A DNA stretch of 64,000 nt, from NCBI RefSeq assembly GCF_001194135.2, contig NC_068987.1:30248092-30312091 (forward strand), written 5' to 3'. Of the stretch, positions 1 through 13,759 are shown piece after piece. Each line of letters begins with the position of its first letter. The stretch's first letter is position 1. The stretch is from Octopus bimaculoides. Lineage: Eukaryota. The notes below the pieces were generated by a model. It made no database searches and was not told the origin of the DNA. It worked only from the letters and a program-made list of their open reading frames with translations. The position numbers and the translations under genes are program-made.

Positions 1-411
1 TGTGTGTATATATACATACACACACACACACATGCACTTAAATATTTTTTGTGGAAATCTTGATTTCCAAATATAGTTAACAAATCATACATTAGTCTTG
101 ATATCCATAAAATGTCTGTTTGATGGCATCCACCCATTTTACAGTGTTTTCTCCAACATTGCCAGATGTGAAAAATGGAGACCCTGGAAAAAAAAATGTT
201 TGAGAACCCCTGGAGCAGACCATATTTTGATTCAACTATTCACTGAAACCTGTCTGAGAGTTACCTAAGTTGGACAGTATTTATTGAATTGCACTAAGTG
301 GATCTTAGTATATTCCTGATATTACAAAATGTTCAAACTAGAATAAATTCTTTGTGATGTTTTGTACAATTTTACTGACACAGAACAGATCATTCGTAGG
401 TTTTATCAGAT

Positions 412-626
412 TCTTTTCTACTGTAGGCACAAGGCCTGAATTTTTTATTGGGGCGGGCAGTCAATTAGAACGACCCCAGTACACAACTGGTACTTAATTT
501 ATTGACCTCAAAAGAATGAAAGGTAAAATCGACCTTGGCGGAATTTGAACTCAGATCGTAAAGACATACGAAATACCGCTAAGCATTTTGCCCAGTGTGC
601 TAACGTTTCTGCCAGCTCACCGCCCT
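412..626 (-). mobile_element. SINE family A
   Basis: Reverse complement of the family A head (CTGCCAGCTCACCGCC) and core (TGGTACTTAATTTATTGAC...GAATGAAAGG). Confidence 0.8.
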
Positions 627-971
627 GGTTTTAGCAGATTTTATTGTTTTACTTCTGGTACTAATTGATATAAATTAGTCTCTGTAGGTTTTGAACTAGA
701 CCCAAGTAGAATGAAATAAAATACTGCAGTGCATTTCGTCTGGTGTTGTATTGTCTCGATTAATCCCTTCAACCTGATAATATTGGGGTCACAAATCTGG
801 AGACAGTGTCATTTGAGTTGGCATCAATTCATGCCTAAGACTTCATTTAGTCGCTTCCCTTGAAAGATAAAAAGTAGATTGTGGTGGGATTTAAATTTTG
901 AATATAAAATGATATAGCTAAATCCCACAAGGTGCTGAACCATTTCTATCATTTGACTACAGTAATGATGA

Positions 972-1408
972 TAATCCTTTCTACTATAGGCACAAGGCTT
1001 GAAATTTGGTGGGTACTCAACTGATACTTATTTTATTGACCCCCAACAGGATGACAGGCAAAATCGACCTTGGCAGAATTTGAACTCAGAATACAGGAAA
1101 TACTGCTAAGTATTTTGCCTGGCATGCTGATGATTCTGCCAACTCGCCGCCCTAATAATAATGATAATAATAATCTTATTTCTTTATTGCCCATAAGGGG
1201 CTAAACATAGAGGGGACAAACAAAGACAGACAAAGGTATTAAGTCGATTACATCGACTCCAGTGTGTAACTGGTACTTAGTTTATCGACCCCTAAAGGAT
1301 GAAAGACAAAATTGACCTTGGCGGAATTTGAATTCAGAATGTAACAGCAGACGAAATACTGCTAAGCATTTCGCCTGGCGTGCTAGCGTTACTGCCAGCT
1401 CACTGCCT
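972..1408 (-). mobile_element. Two head-to-tail SINE family A copies (second with an alternative 3' tail) joined by (AAT)n
   Basis: Copies at about 972-1153 and 1175-1408, separated by TAATAATAATGATAATAATAAT. Confidence 0.8.
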
Positions 1409-4400
1409 GAAGCTTTAGATCTTCAGTCAGCCATTGTGACATTCATTATTTTTGCAAAATAAATACGGACTCTTAACTGGTTTTCTAACCACATGATCAT
1501 GAATTGGGACCTTACTAAAGCCATTATATTGCGCTCTTGTTAGCACATAACTCTGCTGACTCCTGTTTTCCTGATTGACAATATGTTCCACTTCTACTTT
1601 TGGGTTAAGTGATTACCAGTAGGAAGGGCACCCAATTATATTAAACAGTTGTTCCAACAAAGAATGGCAGAGGATTAAATCCCTTTACTAACACTAAGGT
1701 TGTAACTTTTATTATGCAGTAAAGATACAAACAGAATCATCCTTATCAGTATCATCATCATCATCTCAGTTTATTTTCACTTCCCATGTTGACATGGGTT
1801 GGACTGGTCATCCTGGGTCAAGTCAGTTCTTATTTGGAGTTACTGCTCCTTTATGTATGATCTAAGAATTACTTGTATATTTCATTTTGGCATGGTATCT
1901 ACTGCTGGATGCTCTTCCTAATACCAACCACTTTAATGTCACATTAGGACCCCTAGAGGTTGTCATGTCCTTAATAAGTGAAGGGTTCTCCTGACTCTGT
2001 GTCTCCAGTGTTTACCAACAACTTTACTGTGTACTGGGTATATTTTATTGTAGCACTGACACTGACAAATGTAGGGAAATTCTCACTACATTGTCTCCAT
2101 CTGTTCAGGGCAATGTAACTGACAGGGTGGGCTGAGGGGAGGGAAATATTTGGATGAAGACGAAGAAAAAGAAGAGTATGAAAGTGAAAAACTGATTAAA
2201 TGTTAGAAATTTGAGGCATTCAGTGAAACTGTATGAAACATGTGGTCATTTGTGTGAAATCCACCACTTGACCAATGACTAGCCAGTGGTTAAATTATGT
2301 AAAATGAGGTTGTTCTCTAGTCTTAGTTTAGGAGTTCGTCTTGAATTTGGTTATTATTTTATGAAGTTTCATGACTATAGAAATTATACCAATTTTATCT
2401 AATATCTTTGAGTAGGACTTTTGTTGAAGAGTATATATTTCATACAGATCATAATGAGCAGTTGGTTCTTTTGAATGCATTTGGTTTTTAATCATTCTGT
2501 CATGTGTGATTTAGATGTCGGAGCCTTATCTTGATATGTTTAATGTGCTTTATAATGTGGGTCATCTTAGTCTGTAACTGTAGAGGGAAATATAATCTCA
2601 CTGGTTTAAAGAAAAAAAAAAAACAGTTAACCCATCACCCAATTTAAAACTACCACCTGGCCCTTAGGTAACATACTTTCAGAGGAGTTCTCTACTCTTT
2701 TGCCCATATTTGTGCCAGCTCTCTAGTTTGTAGTTAGGTAACTTTGAAATGTTTGTTACTCATTATTGCAATGATATAAATCATCCTTTCTTCCCTCCCT
2801 CCACAATATTAAAGATGGTGATCTATGTGAGCTTCTCTTCCTCTATGATGAAACAAAATACAACTATATAATTATATCAATAAATACTATGTTAATAATG
2901 ATAGTCAAGGTTTCTCACATTGGCACACAGAAGAGACCTGTACATTGTGACTTGATCTGCTTGAAATAGCAAATGGATGTCCTCTGAATTACCATCTAAC
3001 ACTATACTGTTTTAAATGAAGGACACTTTGGATGATGTAGTTTAAATACTCTACTTGCGGGGGGGAAAAACAGAAGGAATAGTGACAGGTGGAACACTTT
3101 GATCATAGGTTTGTTTAATCAAGACCGACCAGGAACTAAACAAGAACCAAATTTTGTAAGATGTAGTCACATTGATCTCAATAAATAACTGATACTTATT
3201 TTATCGATCTGGAATATATGAACAGTTATGCTGATCTGGTTGGAATTTGAGATCTTTATACAGGAGACAAAACTAAATACTATGATTTAGTCCTTTGTTT
3301 CTATTCCCTTGCACCCCTCATATCTGCGTCATTAATGATGCTCACCAATGTTCTTTTGTTTGTTCCTTAACACCTCTTATATTGCTCTCATTGGTGGTAC
3401 TTATATTGATTTTTTTTGTTTGTTTTTCAAATTGCTCCCATGCAGATTTTAACCCTTTTGTGATTGTATTTTTAACAGACTACCTATGTTATTTAATTAA
3501 GTTTCAATGCATTCAAGACTTTAAGGTTTAGTAAAATAGCTGTAGCCTTATCTATTATGCTATTGACCAACTAGAATCTTAAATGTTACAATGAAATGAA
3601 ATTTTGGTAGAAGTTGTAATTTGATTATGAACTTTATAGTATAGGTAGTTTCAACAGGGTTGGTATTAAAAGGGTTAAGGTTTTTTATTAAATATTTGTG
3701 TTGTAACTTGAATGTAGATGCAAGTGTGACTGCATGGTAAGAAGTTTGCTTTCCCACCATATAGTTCTGGGTTCAGTCCCACTGTATGCCACCTTGAGCA
3801 AGTATCTTCTACTCTACGCTTAGACTGACCAAAGCCTTGTGAGTGGATCTGGTAGATGGAAACTGAAAGAAGCTCATTGTGTGTGTGTGTGTCTTATGTA
3901 TGTTTGTGCCCCAGCTTGACTGCAGTTAAATGACTGGAACAAGTAAAAGATAAAATAGTTTATAAGTTTAACCGAGGAGAGACGCATATGCACACAGTGG
4001 AACCATATGGCTAAGAGTTTGTTTTCACTGTTTGAATGCTACTGTCTGGTTTCTTCCACTATAGCCATGGGTTGATCAGTGCCTTGTGTGTGAAATTTGG
4101 TTGATGGAAGCTAAAAGCCTTTCATATATGAAATGCATGTGCATTCAGACTAGGATGATCCACATTATAAAGTGCAGGTATGGCTGTGTGTTAAGAAGTT
4201 TGCTTCCCAACCTCATGCTTTCAGGTTCAGTATATAACTTATATAACTTCTTTTGGAATGGCGGGGTGAACATAATCAGAGAAACCACTAAGCATAACCC
4301 AACTGTTAGAGGAATTTAGATGAATTCACTTTTGTTGTCTAACAGGTTTTGTTATTGTAGCAGTGGATGAAAGATAATATATATGCTGACTTACAGGAAA

Positions 4401-4974
4401 TTATTTTGCTTCACGTGTGTAACCCAGAAAAAATAATTTAATAAAATAAAAGATGCTATAATGTTGTCTCCTTTCATCTTGTATTCAGCAAGGAGGTTTC
4501 TAAACTGGTGTGGAGAAACTAGTTTGATAATTCTCAAGTCTGTGGTGGTATTTCTAATAATACTGTATAATGATGGAATTTTTCATTAATTCATGCTGGT
4601 ATTTCATTCAACGCAGGGAAATTTTTTTTTCTTTTGTAACTCAAGCTTTAATTGTAATAATAATGGACCCTCCTGTCAAAGATGACCTGTGTGTGTTTAG
4701 TTTTTGCCGAACGACCTGCACAAATGATTTGTTTATAGGGATCAAATGTTTGTTCTGCACATTAACTCACTCTCTCCATCAAATCAATGTGGCCTTGAAC
4801 ATGTGCACGGTGTGCCATGCGTCAGGTGTCAAAATGATCGGAGAGCAATGTACGAGATGAAGTGTTTTGCCCAAGAACACAACGCACCACTCAGTCTAGG
4901 AATTGAAATCATGATTACTAGATTGTGAGTACAATGCCCTAACCACTAGGCCATTTACCCTCATAATAATAATA

Positions 4975-5910
4975 ATAATAATCTTTTTTACTAAAGGCAC
5001 AAGGCCTGAAATTTTGAAGGAGGACACTAGTCAATTACATCAACCCTAGTGTTTCACTGGTACTTAATTTATCAATCCCGAAAGTATAAAAGGTAAAGTC
5101 AGCCTTAGTGGCATTTGAACTTTGGATGTAATGCCAGAAGAAATACTACAAAGAATTTAGTCAAATCTACTAATGATTCTACCACCTTAATAATAATATT
5201 AATGAGAATGGTTTCTGATTTAGGCATATGGCCAGCAATTTTCAAAAGAGGGAGTAAGTCAGTATCAATGATCCTAGTAGTTAATTGATACTTTATTTTA
5301 TCAACCCCAGAGGGATGAAAGGCAACACTGACTTTGGTGAGATTTGAACTTGGAATGTAAAGAGCTGGAATAAATGCCACAAGGCATTATTTCCAATGTT
5401 CTCATGATTGTCAGTTTGCTTGTCTTGATGATGATAATTTATAGAATTCAGACAAACTCCAATGACAGTCTGTATGTAGTCATTCAACTTGCTAGGAATA
5501 GCAACTAAAGTCTTCCTCTTAAAAAGAAGTTGTAGATACTAAAAAAAAAGAAAGAAAAAAGAACCATAATGACTTCCAAAATCACAGTTGATGTTTACAG
5601 CTAGATAACTTTTGATAGTGGCTGCCCCATCAGGACTATATTGGGTTTAAACAACAATATTCCTTGCAAAATGTGTGATTATGAATACAAAAAGAATTCT
5701 TTTTTTAATATAAGCACAAATCCTGAAATTTTGGTTGAGAGAGTTAGTTGATTACATTGATCCCCAAATGCTCGACTGGTATGTTATCAACTCCAAAAGG
5801 ATGAAAAGCAAAATCCATCCTGATGAAATTAGAACTTAGAACTTAAAGCCAGTAAAAAATGCTGCTCTAAACATTTTGTTTGGCACAATAGTGATTCTGC
5901 CAGTTCAGAC
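4975..5910 (-). mobile_element. Three degenerate SINE family A copies
   Basis: Core GGATGAAAGG...GACCTT...TTTGAACT recurs at about 5085, 5315 and 5800. Confidence 0.7.
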
Positions 5911-6261
5911 ATTCATCAACTGTAACAGTTTTTAATGAGACAATTTATTTAGCTCATGGTCAGTTTTGATTCAGCAGACATAATTTTGGTGTTCCAGCTC
6001 TGTTTATTCTATTTTATTTTTTAGATATAATGTATCTAGGACCACATGTCCACGGTGTCCTTCCTTTTTTAAAAATCAGTAGGGTGTTATATGAAAAACT
6101 TGGCTGCCACTTCTAATGTGTAACCACATAAATTTTCTTATTCAATCTATATAGCTAGTATGTTGTCTTACCAAGTGACAATAGTTTTTACTCCCTTGCT
6201 ACTACACTCACTCACTCTCTCTCATTATGAACTCCAACTCGCAGACATACTCTCCACCTGC

Positions 6262-6440
6262 TTGACCTACTAGATATAGCTGTCAAATCTCCCTTAAATC
6301 TCACATCTTGCTATTTTAAATAGGGAAATGGCACATTTGATAATGTAGTCCATACTCTCAAAACAATGGGATGATCGCAGCTGGAATACCTTTGATCATA
6401 GTTCTGCCCATTCACGGTGACCTGGGGCTAAACAGCATGC
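6262..6440 (+). repeat. Dispersed repeat family C (unclassified, about 180-220 bp; copies at about 2950, 5480, 16860, 22825, 31255)
   Basis: Recurrent GAC/TCTGCTAGAAATAGCAGCCAAA start, GGACAC...ATAATGTAG middle and TTTGATCATAG...CTGGGGCTAAAC end. Confidence 0.6.
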
Positions 6441-8355
6441 TATGTTGGCCTAATGGAAAGAGAGAGAGAGCTATTCTCTCATTCTACTAGATGTAAGAGT
6501 CAAATCTCCTGCAGGTCACACATCACTTTGATCATTATTGTTTGGGAGTACACTAGGGGGAAAAAAAAAAGACAAAGACTTAGATCAAGGCCTTCTTGGG
6601 GTCTAAATAACATATCAATTGAACAACAGGTTATTGCAGTTGGCAGCGAGTACTATATAATTGACAAGATATTTATTGACATACATTGTTTCAACTCATG
6701 TGCTTTGATGAACCCAGAATAAATAAAGAGCCTCCTTAAGCCATTTCTTCTTGTGTTCTATCAAAACTTTTGTAGTGAATTCCACTTCAGACATTAATAT
6801 CTCGAAGAGATTTAGATCAGCTTAACCATTTTACTGTGGAAATCAGATATATCCTCTCTAAATTTCATTACAGAAAGCAGTTTTATATACCAATCTATTT
6901 TTGATGCGTAATGTTTTGTTTGAAACTATTTTTGTGTTAAGACAAGTCAAGTTTATTGAGACAACTTGACTTGCAGAAAATATCAATTCTGTGTTTTGGT
7001 AGATATATAACATCATTACTGGAATAAACATAAAGGTTGAACACCACTAAAGTGACTGTTTTTGAGTGAAGACAAAACTCTTACAATATTTGCTGAAGAA
7101 TGAAACTTTGAAAGAAAGTTAATCATAAATCTTGGCAATAAAATTATTTTTGTTACTGCTGTTTTCTTGAGATATGTCAAAAGCAAAACTTTTCTGACAT
7201 TTTTCTGTATTTGATGGTTGATCTTGCATTATCAGCTCCTTCTGTTCTTCATTTATTCATAATTGTTCTTCATGAACCAGACTGGAGAATTTCCTAAAAA
7301 ATTGGATTATTAATTTTGGCTATTTTATAACATTGGTTGGGTCCAACATCACCTGCAACTTTGCAAACAGTTTACCAGATAAAAACTGATGAAACATCTA
7401 TTTTGTGAGGCAAATATAGAAATTTAAAATACTTACATGAAATTCCTGCATTTCTCTTTGAGAAATTTTTGTTGAATTCTCTGGATAAATATTTTTGGCA
7501 GTGATACTACAATAAATGTTAACTTTCCTGAGATATACTAAAGGCTCATATAGGCATGACTGTCTAATTAAGAAACCCCTCTTTGCAATCATGTGGCTTT
7601 TGATTCGGTCACACTGCATGGCACCTTATACAAGTTTTCTACTATTGCCCCAAGCCAACCAAAGCCTTGTGAATGAATTTGGTATTTGAAAACTGTGTGG
7701 AAACTTATTGTGTGTGGTTTGTGTCCTTTGGCAGCCAGTGTAAGCTTTTTTTTTTTTTTTTAAACTTATTCCATAATTTAGATAAGTACCATGCTGGAAA
7801 TAAAACAAGTTCTGGGATCAATTTGTTCATCTAAACCCTTCAAGGCAGTGCCTCAGCATGGCTGTAGTCCAATAATTGAAACAAGCAAAAAATAAGATTA
7901 ATAATAATTAAGTTTCAAAATTTCTAAATGAAATAACTGAGAATCCCCTTAGTAAAATTAATAGGATTCCTTAATTTATGACTCCTCTATTTCTGTTTGA
8001 AAGTTCAGATTAAGATTATTGATATTAAGCAAAACATGATCTATGAAAGCAAAATACATTTTATGTCTCAAAAATAGTTGCAGCCATAAGAATATCTTCT
8101 GAGGCAGCAAATGTAAGAACAACAAAAGTGAAGATCAGTCTAAAATTGTTTTTGTCACTTGAAGTGAAAGCCTTCTTGTGTAGCTAATGTGGAGAATTTT
8201 CTTCTACGGATTGGTATTTATAAATTTTTGAAGTCCTTTATATTCATTTAAGTACTTCATCTGTTGTTTAAATATAAAAATATATTTCTCACTCTTCTGA
8301 ATAACATCGTAGATTGTGCTTTGTTAAATTGAAGAGTTACAACATTAAATGTTAA

Positions 8356-8556
8356 CCCTTTTGATACCAACCTGCCTGATACTATCACAGGTTCTTAAAA
8401 CTCTCAATTTTAAAATGATCTAAATGGAAACCTTCCATCAACAATTCATATTATGTCCTAAACACCAACTTCATAGTGAGCTATTTTAGTAAATTTTTCA
8501 TTATTTTAAAAATTGACCCAAACTGAATACATTTGAACAGAAATGTAATGAAAGAG
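8356..8556. mobile_element. piggyBac-type MITE, family 1 (inverted copy at about 57955-58180, end fragment at about 3650-3680)
   Basis: TTAA-CCCTTTTGATACCAACC ... GTAATGAAAGAG-TTAA; the same internal sequence recurs on the opposite strand. Confidence 0.7.
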
Positions 8557-9784
8557 TTAAATGTCTTTGTCATTCACATAGCAGTGCAGACTTTTGACAG
8601 TACACTAGTGTAATGAACGACAAACGATGCTATATTAAAACTTGATTCCCATCATAATACTACTGTTTTAATTGGAAAATTCTATTGCTTTTAGATATTA
8701 TTTCAGTGTTAATCTAACTAGTTGTTGAGAGTAATGTATTACTTAATTGACAATAAGAGAAACTATTTTTCACCTTTTAAATTAAATACATTATTGAATT
8801 GATTACATTACAAAAATATATTCATTCTTGCTAATTGCATTAGAAAAAGAATGAAGTTTCTTTGTTTGTAACATACTTCATATCTTTTGCTATTAAAATC
8901 TGGTGTATTCCAAAAGGTTAACAGATAAATTGTGCTTCAACTCTACTGCTGTTATTGGTGATGAATAAATAGAGAATTGACCAGTTTTTATGAAATCAGT
9001 TTTAAAATTTTGTCAATTTTATATTTATACTATTCTGTATTTATGTATTTTCAAGTTGGTTTTAACTGTTAGCAATTTTACAGCTTTATTTATATTGTAT
9101 TTTATTTATATTTATATTGTAGAAACCTTTACTTGAGTTGTATTTATTGGTAAGGGATAACATTTTTCAAATATCAAAATACATGGTACCATGTCTATAT
9201 ACAGATCATCATCATCATCGTTTAATGTCCGTTTTCCATGCTGTCATGGGTTGGACAGTTTGACTGGGGACTGGCAAGCCATGAGGCCGCATCAGGCTCT
9301 TTTTCCTTTATTTCTTTGTCATTTGACTGCAGCCATGCTGGAGCACCACCTTGAAGTGGTTTGTCAAACAATTTGACCTCAGGACTTACTTTTTAAGCCC
9401 TAGTACTTATTCTATCAGTCTCCCTGCCGAACCACAAAGTTATGGGAATGTAAACACAAACATTGATAAGTAATGATGGGTGGGAGGAAACACACACACA
9501 CACACACACGACAGGTTCCTTTCAGTTTCTGTCTACCAAATCCACTCACATTTGGTAGGCCTGAGGCTATAATAGAAGGCACTTGCCCTAGGTGCCACAA
9601 AAGAGGACTGAACCTAGAACCATGTAGTTAGGAAGCAAGTTTCTTGCCACACTTGCACCTGTGGGCATTTGGTTCTTTTTCTTAGACATGTTATTTTTAT
9701 CATTTTCATCTCTGAGCAGGTAGCCATATTTTTCTGTTCACTCATGATAGGTTAACAAAATAAAATAAATAAATCTCAATATCA

Positions 9785-10170
9785 TAAGCACAGGTATGGT
9801 TGTGTGGTAAGAAGTTTGGTTCTTAGCCACATTGTTCTAGGTTCAGTGTTTTGTACTGTAGCCCAAGGCTAAATGAAGCCTTGTGAGTGAATTTGGTTGA
9901 TGAAAACTGAAAAAAAGCCCACCATGTGTGTGTGTGTTTGCATCTTCGTGTGTGTTTGTTTTTGTTTGTGTGTGTGCATGTGCGCGTGTGCTTGTCCCCC
10001 ACCACTGTTTGACAACTGGCATTGGTTTGTCCCCATAACTTGGTAGTTCAGAAAAAAGTGGCCAAAAGAAAAAGTACCTAGCTTTAAAAAAGATAGTGGG
10101 GTCTACTTGCTTGATTAAACCCTTCAAAGTGGTGCCCCCGTTTGACTATAGTCCAATGACTAAAACATGT
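9785..10170 (+). mobile_element. SINE family B
   Basis: GGTTGTGTGGTAAGAAG head, GAAAACTGAAAAAAAGCCC, (TG)n, GGTGCCCC...GTCCAATGACT tail. Confidence 0.75.
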
Positions 10171-10704
10171 ATATGAAGAAAGAAGGAACCTTTGTAAAAT
10201 GCAGCAATTTAGCAAAAAAAAAACACTAGAGACCAGGATATACACAGACTATAGCTGAAATTGATGTGGCCATAGGAAGTAGAAGAATTCTCATGTTTAC
10301 ATTACTTTCCCCAGTCTTCATTCTTATAAATTAAAATGATATTAATGATAATTTGTGTGAAATGTTTACATTTGAAAAATGAACATGTCATGAAAATGTG
10401 ATTTAGAGAATTTTGAGCAGAAATAAAATTACTAAAACACCCAAAATATCGGGTGTTGCATCCATCGTAGAGCATGAACCAAACCAATTTTGTACAAACA
10501 TGCCAACCTTTGGTTAGAGTAATATGCTAATAAAACTGAGATCTTTCAAGAGACATAAGGCCAATGTTCGCAGATAGTATAGTGAATTGAAACCAGAATA
10601 TTACTGATATTAACCCTGGAATGTCAAATAGTGTGATGAAATTATGTTACTCATTGCAACTTATCAGTCTATAAATATTTAATATCAATTAAGCACAAAA
10701 TTTT

Positions 10705-11100
10705 ACTCTAGGTGCAGGCATAGCAGTTTGTTAAGAAGCTTGCTTCCCAACCACATGGTTGTGTGTTCAGTCCTACTGAACGGTACCTTGGACAAGAGTC
10801 TTTTACTATAGATTTGGTCTGATCAAAGCCTGTGTGTGGATTTGGTAGACAGAAACTGAAAGATGCCCATAGTTTGTATGTATGTATGTATGTGTTTTTG
10901 TGTCTGTTTATATCCCACCCTTGTTTGACAACCAGTGTTGGTGTTTACGACCTGTAACTTAGCAGTTTGGCAATTGAGACTAATAGAATAAGTACTAGGC
11001 TTAAAAAAATAAGCCCTGAGATTGATTTGACTAAAACCCCGTCAAGACAGTGCCCCAGTGTGGCCACAGTCAAATGACTGAGACAAGTGAAAGATAAAAG
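10705..11100 (+). mobile_element. SINE family B, full length
   Basis: Same head, core and tail as 60777-61172. Confidence 0.8.
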
Positions 11101-11889
11101 ATACACGCTTGAAATCCTAGTATTCTGTCAGTATTGGCAGGAAATGCTTAAAGCTGAGCTGGAAAATTAGACATTGTTATTTTAGAATACTAACCTAAGA
11201 AGGAAGGTTTATTAATTCCCTACCTACTATGGTGACACTGAACATATTCTAAACGTACTTCTGTGTCATATTTTTTAAGGAATCAAATTTATCTTAGCAG
11301 TCTTGGTATTTATCTAAACATTTTCTTGTTTTATCACGATGGCTATGATATTATTATTTTTTTAAAATTTATTTATTCATATATAACAAGTGGTTTCTTG
11401 TACATTTTTAGAATGAAAGACGACTATTACTTTTTTTTTTTTTCCTGGGAATTCATGTCATCTTACTGTCAACAAGTATTCACTGACATGTGATTAGACT
11501 ATCCTTGAATTTCTAACTTCCTCTTAACTCCCTCAGCATCTACAAAATTTGTTATGCATATAGGACAGTTAGAAATATCTTGAGAGAAATCAGCTAGATT
11601 TTGTTTTTGCTGTCATGGGATTTGTTTTCTTTTGCGACAAATATGTTATATACTTGTATGTATATAATCATCTAAAATTTAAGTCAAGAATTTTCTAAAA
11701 ACATCAGACTAGGATTAGTGTACACTGTGTTCATTTCCTGATGTGCGATTGCCATTTTATCTGACATGAATTTGTTGTACACAAACTCTTTTATATCATC
11801 ATCATTTAACATCTGTTTTCCATGCTGGCATGGATTGGACACATATACGCCTTTTTATCTATGTCATTCATTGAACTGTGTCCATATTG

Positions 11890-12235
11890 GGGCATCGCCT
11901 TGAAGGGTTTTAATCAAACAAATCAATCCCAGTACTTTTTTTTTTTTTTAAAGTTTAATGCTTATTATATTGGTTTCTTTTATGAACTGCTCAGTTTATA
12001 AGGACATAAACAAACCAACACCAGCTGTCTGGTGGTGAGGGTACTGAAGCATAAGCACATGCATATGTATGTATGTACATATACACAATAGGGTGTTATC
12101 AGTTTTTCTCTAACAAACCCATTCACAAGGCTTTGGTTAGCCCAGGGCTGTAGTAGAAGACACTTGCCCAAGGTGTCATGCAGTGGGACTGAGCCTGAAG
12201 CCATGTGATTGGGAAGTAAACTTCTTACCACAAGG
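11890..12235 (-). mobile_element. SINE family B
   Basis: GAAGACACTTGCCCAAGGTG...GGGACTGAGCC...TTGGGAAGTAAACTTCTTACCAC. Confidence 0.8.
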
Positions 12236-12288
12236 CCCCTCCTCCACATGCACGCGCACTCACGTGCGCGCGCACACGCACACGCATG

Positions 12289-12319
<31 letters not shown>

Positions 12320-13066
12320 CGTATGTGTGTATATATGTTTTCCTGCAGAAATTAAATGTAAGAATTTTTTTAATACCATCCCCAAAAGGTCGTCAGGCCA
12401 AGTTGGTCTTCGTAAGGTTTGAATAGAGATAAAAGCTGCAAGATATTTTGTCTGATGTTCAAACAATTTTTGCAGCCCACTATCTTATTCATTTAATTTC
12501 ATTGCTCTGAATTACTTCATTTCTGACTAACTAGAAAATGATTTAAGCTGAAATCCTTGAAGATTTTCCCTCAACCTTTCTATCCATTTACTGAGAGATT
12601 TCATTTTATCGTGATTTGACACTACTTGTTTTAAATCATAAGTTGTTTGTTATATGATATACCTGTTAATTATCTGCTATATCATGCAGTTGTTATTACG
12701 ATTATATTGTATGGCTACTTTACCATGCGGTTTTTGTGTAACACACTAAGATATAGTGGGATTGATTGTCAGTGAGCGGGTTGTTATTACACACCAAAAT
12801 ACTTAGATAACTAATCTTTAAAAGAAAAGCTGATTTCTGTGCCTCTGTCACATCTATTAGAGGGAGGGGAAAAGGGGGAGATAACCATTGTCACAACATA
12901 TATTTAGAAGGGGAGGAGAAAATATTGTTGAGAAAGTGTGTGTGTGTGAAAAAGATAGATAGATAGGTAAATAGTGTTGTCAACATAGTAACTAACAAGC
13001 TTTGATTAAAAACGCATGAATTTTAAGTGAATGTCTGTCAACATAACACAAACTTAAAAAAAGAAA

Positions 13067-13131
<65 letters not shown>

Positions 13132-13132
<1 letters not shown>

Positions 13133-13368
13133 GGGTTGGTGCATAATTATTGTGGCTATTTTCAAATTTTATTCAACAAAAGCAATAACAATATTTAACA
13201 AAAATATTTAAATGACGGTCTGACCATTTACCAAGCAAATGGGAAGCAGTAATTGAAGTAGATGGTCAATATGCTCCGGAATAATTGTTTAAAGATGTTT
13301 TTGTTACATGTTATTGTTTTTGTTGAATAAAATTTGTTGAAAAAAACCACTAATTATGCACCAACCCA
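13132..13368. mobile_element. Mariner-derived palindromic MITE (Hsmar1/MADE1-like termini) in a (TA)n tract
   Basis: Termini GGGTTGGTGCATAATTA / TAATTATGCACCAACCC, TA flanks, internal arms AAATTTTATTCAACAAAA / TTTTGTTGAATAAAATTT. Confidence 0.85.
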
Positions 13369-13759
13369 ATATATATAATACACATAGCTATCATCTTTGG
13401 TGGCTGTGTGTGTGTGTGTGTGTGTGTGTGTGTNNNNNNNNNNNNNNNNNNNNNNNNNNNNNNNNNNNNNNNNNNNNNNNNNNNNNNNNNGTGTGTGTTT
13501 CTGTATGTCTTTCAACATATAGACAATGCAACACAGAATTTTAAAAAATCAACTTTCACTATAATGACTGGTTGTTTGAGAGAGAATGTGTGAAAGATAG
13601 AATTAAAATTTGTTTCAAGAAAAAAAAAAAAAAACTTGTTGAGTATATCAATGTGAATGTTGTAGATTTCTGCTGAAGGATCTATTACTTGTTGACTAGA
13701 TCATTGCCTGGCAGCATAGTGTTGGGTAATGACAATTATTAATAATTTTTTCTACTTTA

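Noticed and set aside
6943-6973. 11-bp inverted repeat CAAGTCAAGTT/AACTTGACTTG
   Set aside because: Short, isolated and without supporting context; compatible with chance or a local template switch.
7381-7400. Other CTGATGA hits as hammerheads (about 1128, 5820, 7386, 38218, 40184)
   Set aside because: They lack a correctly placed GAAA plus helices; they lie in SINEs, an exon or unstructured DNA.
11980-12466. ORFs of 68-111 aa rich in CV/TH/HT
   Set aside because: Translations of (TG)n/(CA)n microsatellites and SINE B; the same holds for the ORFs at 13356, 34736, 43827 and 51142.
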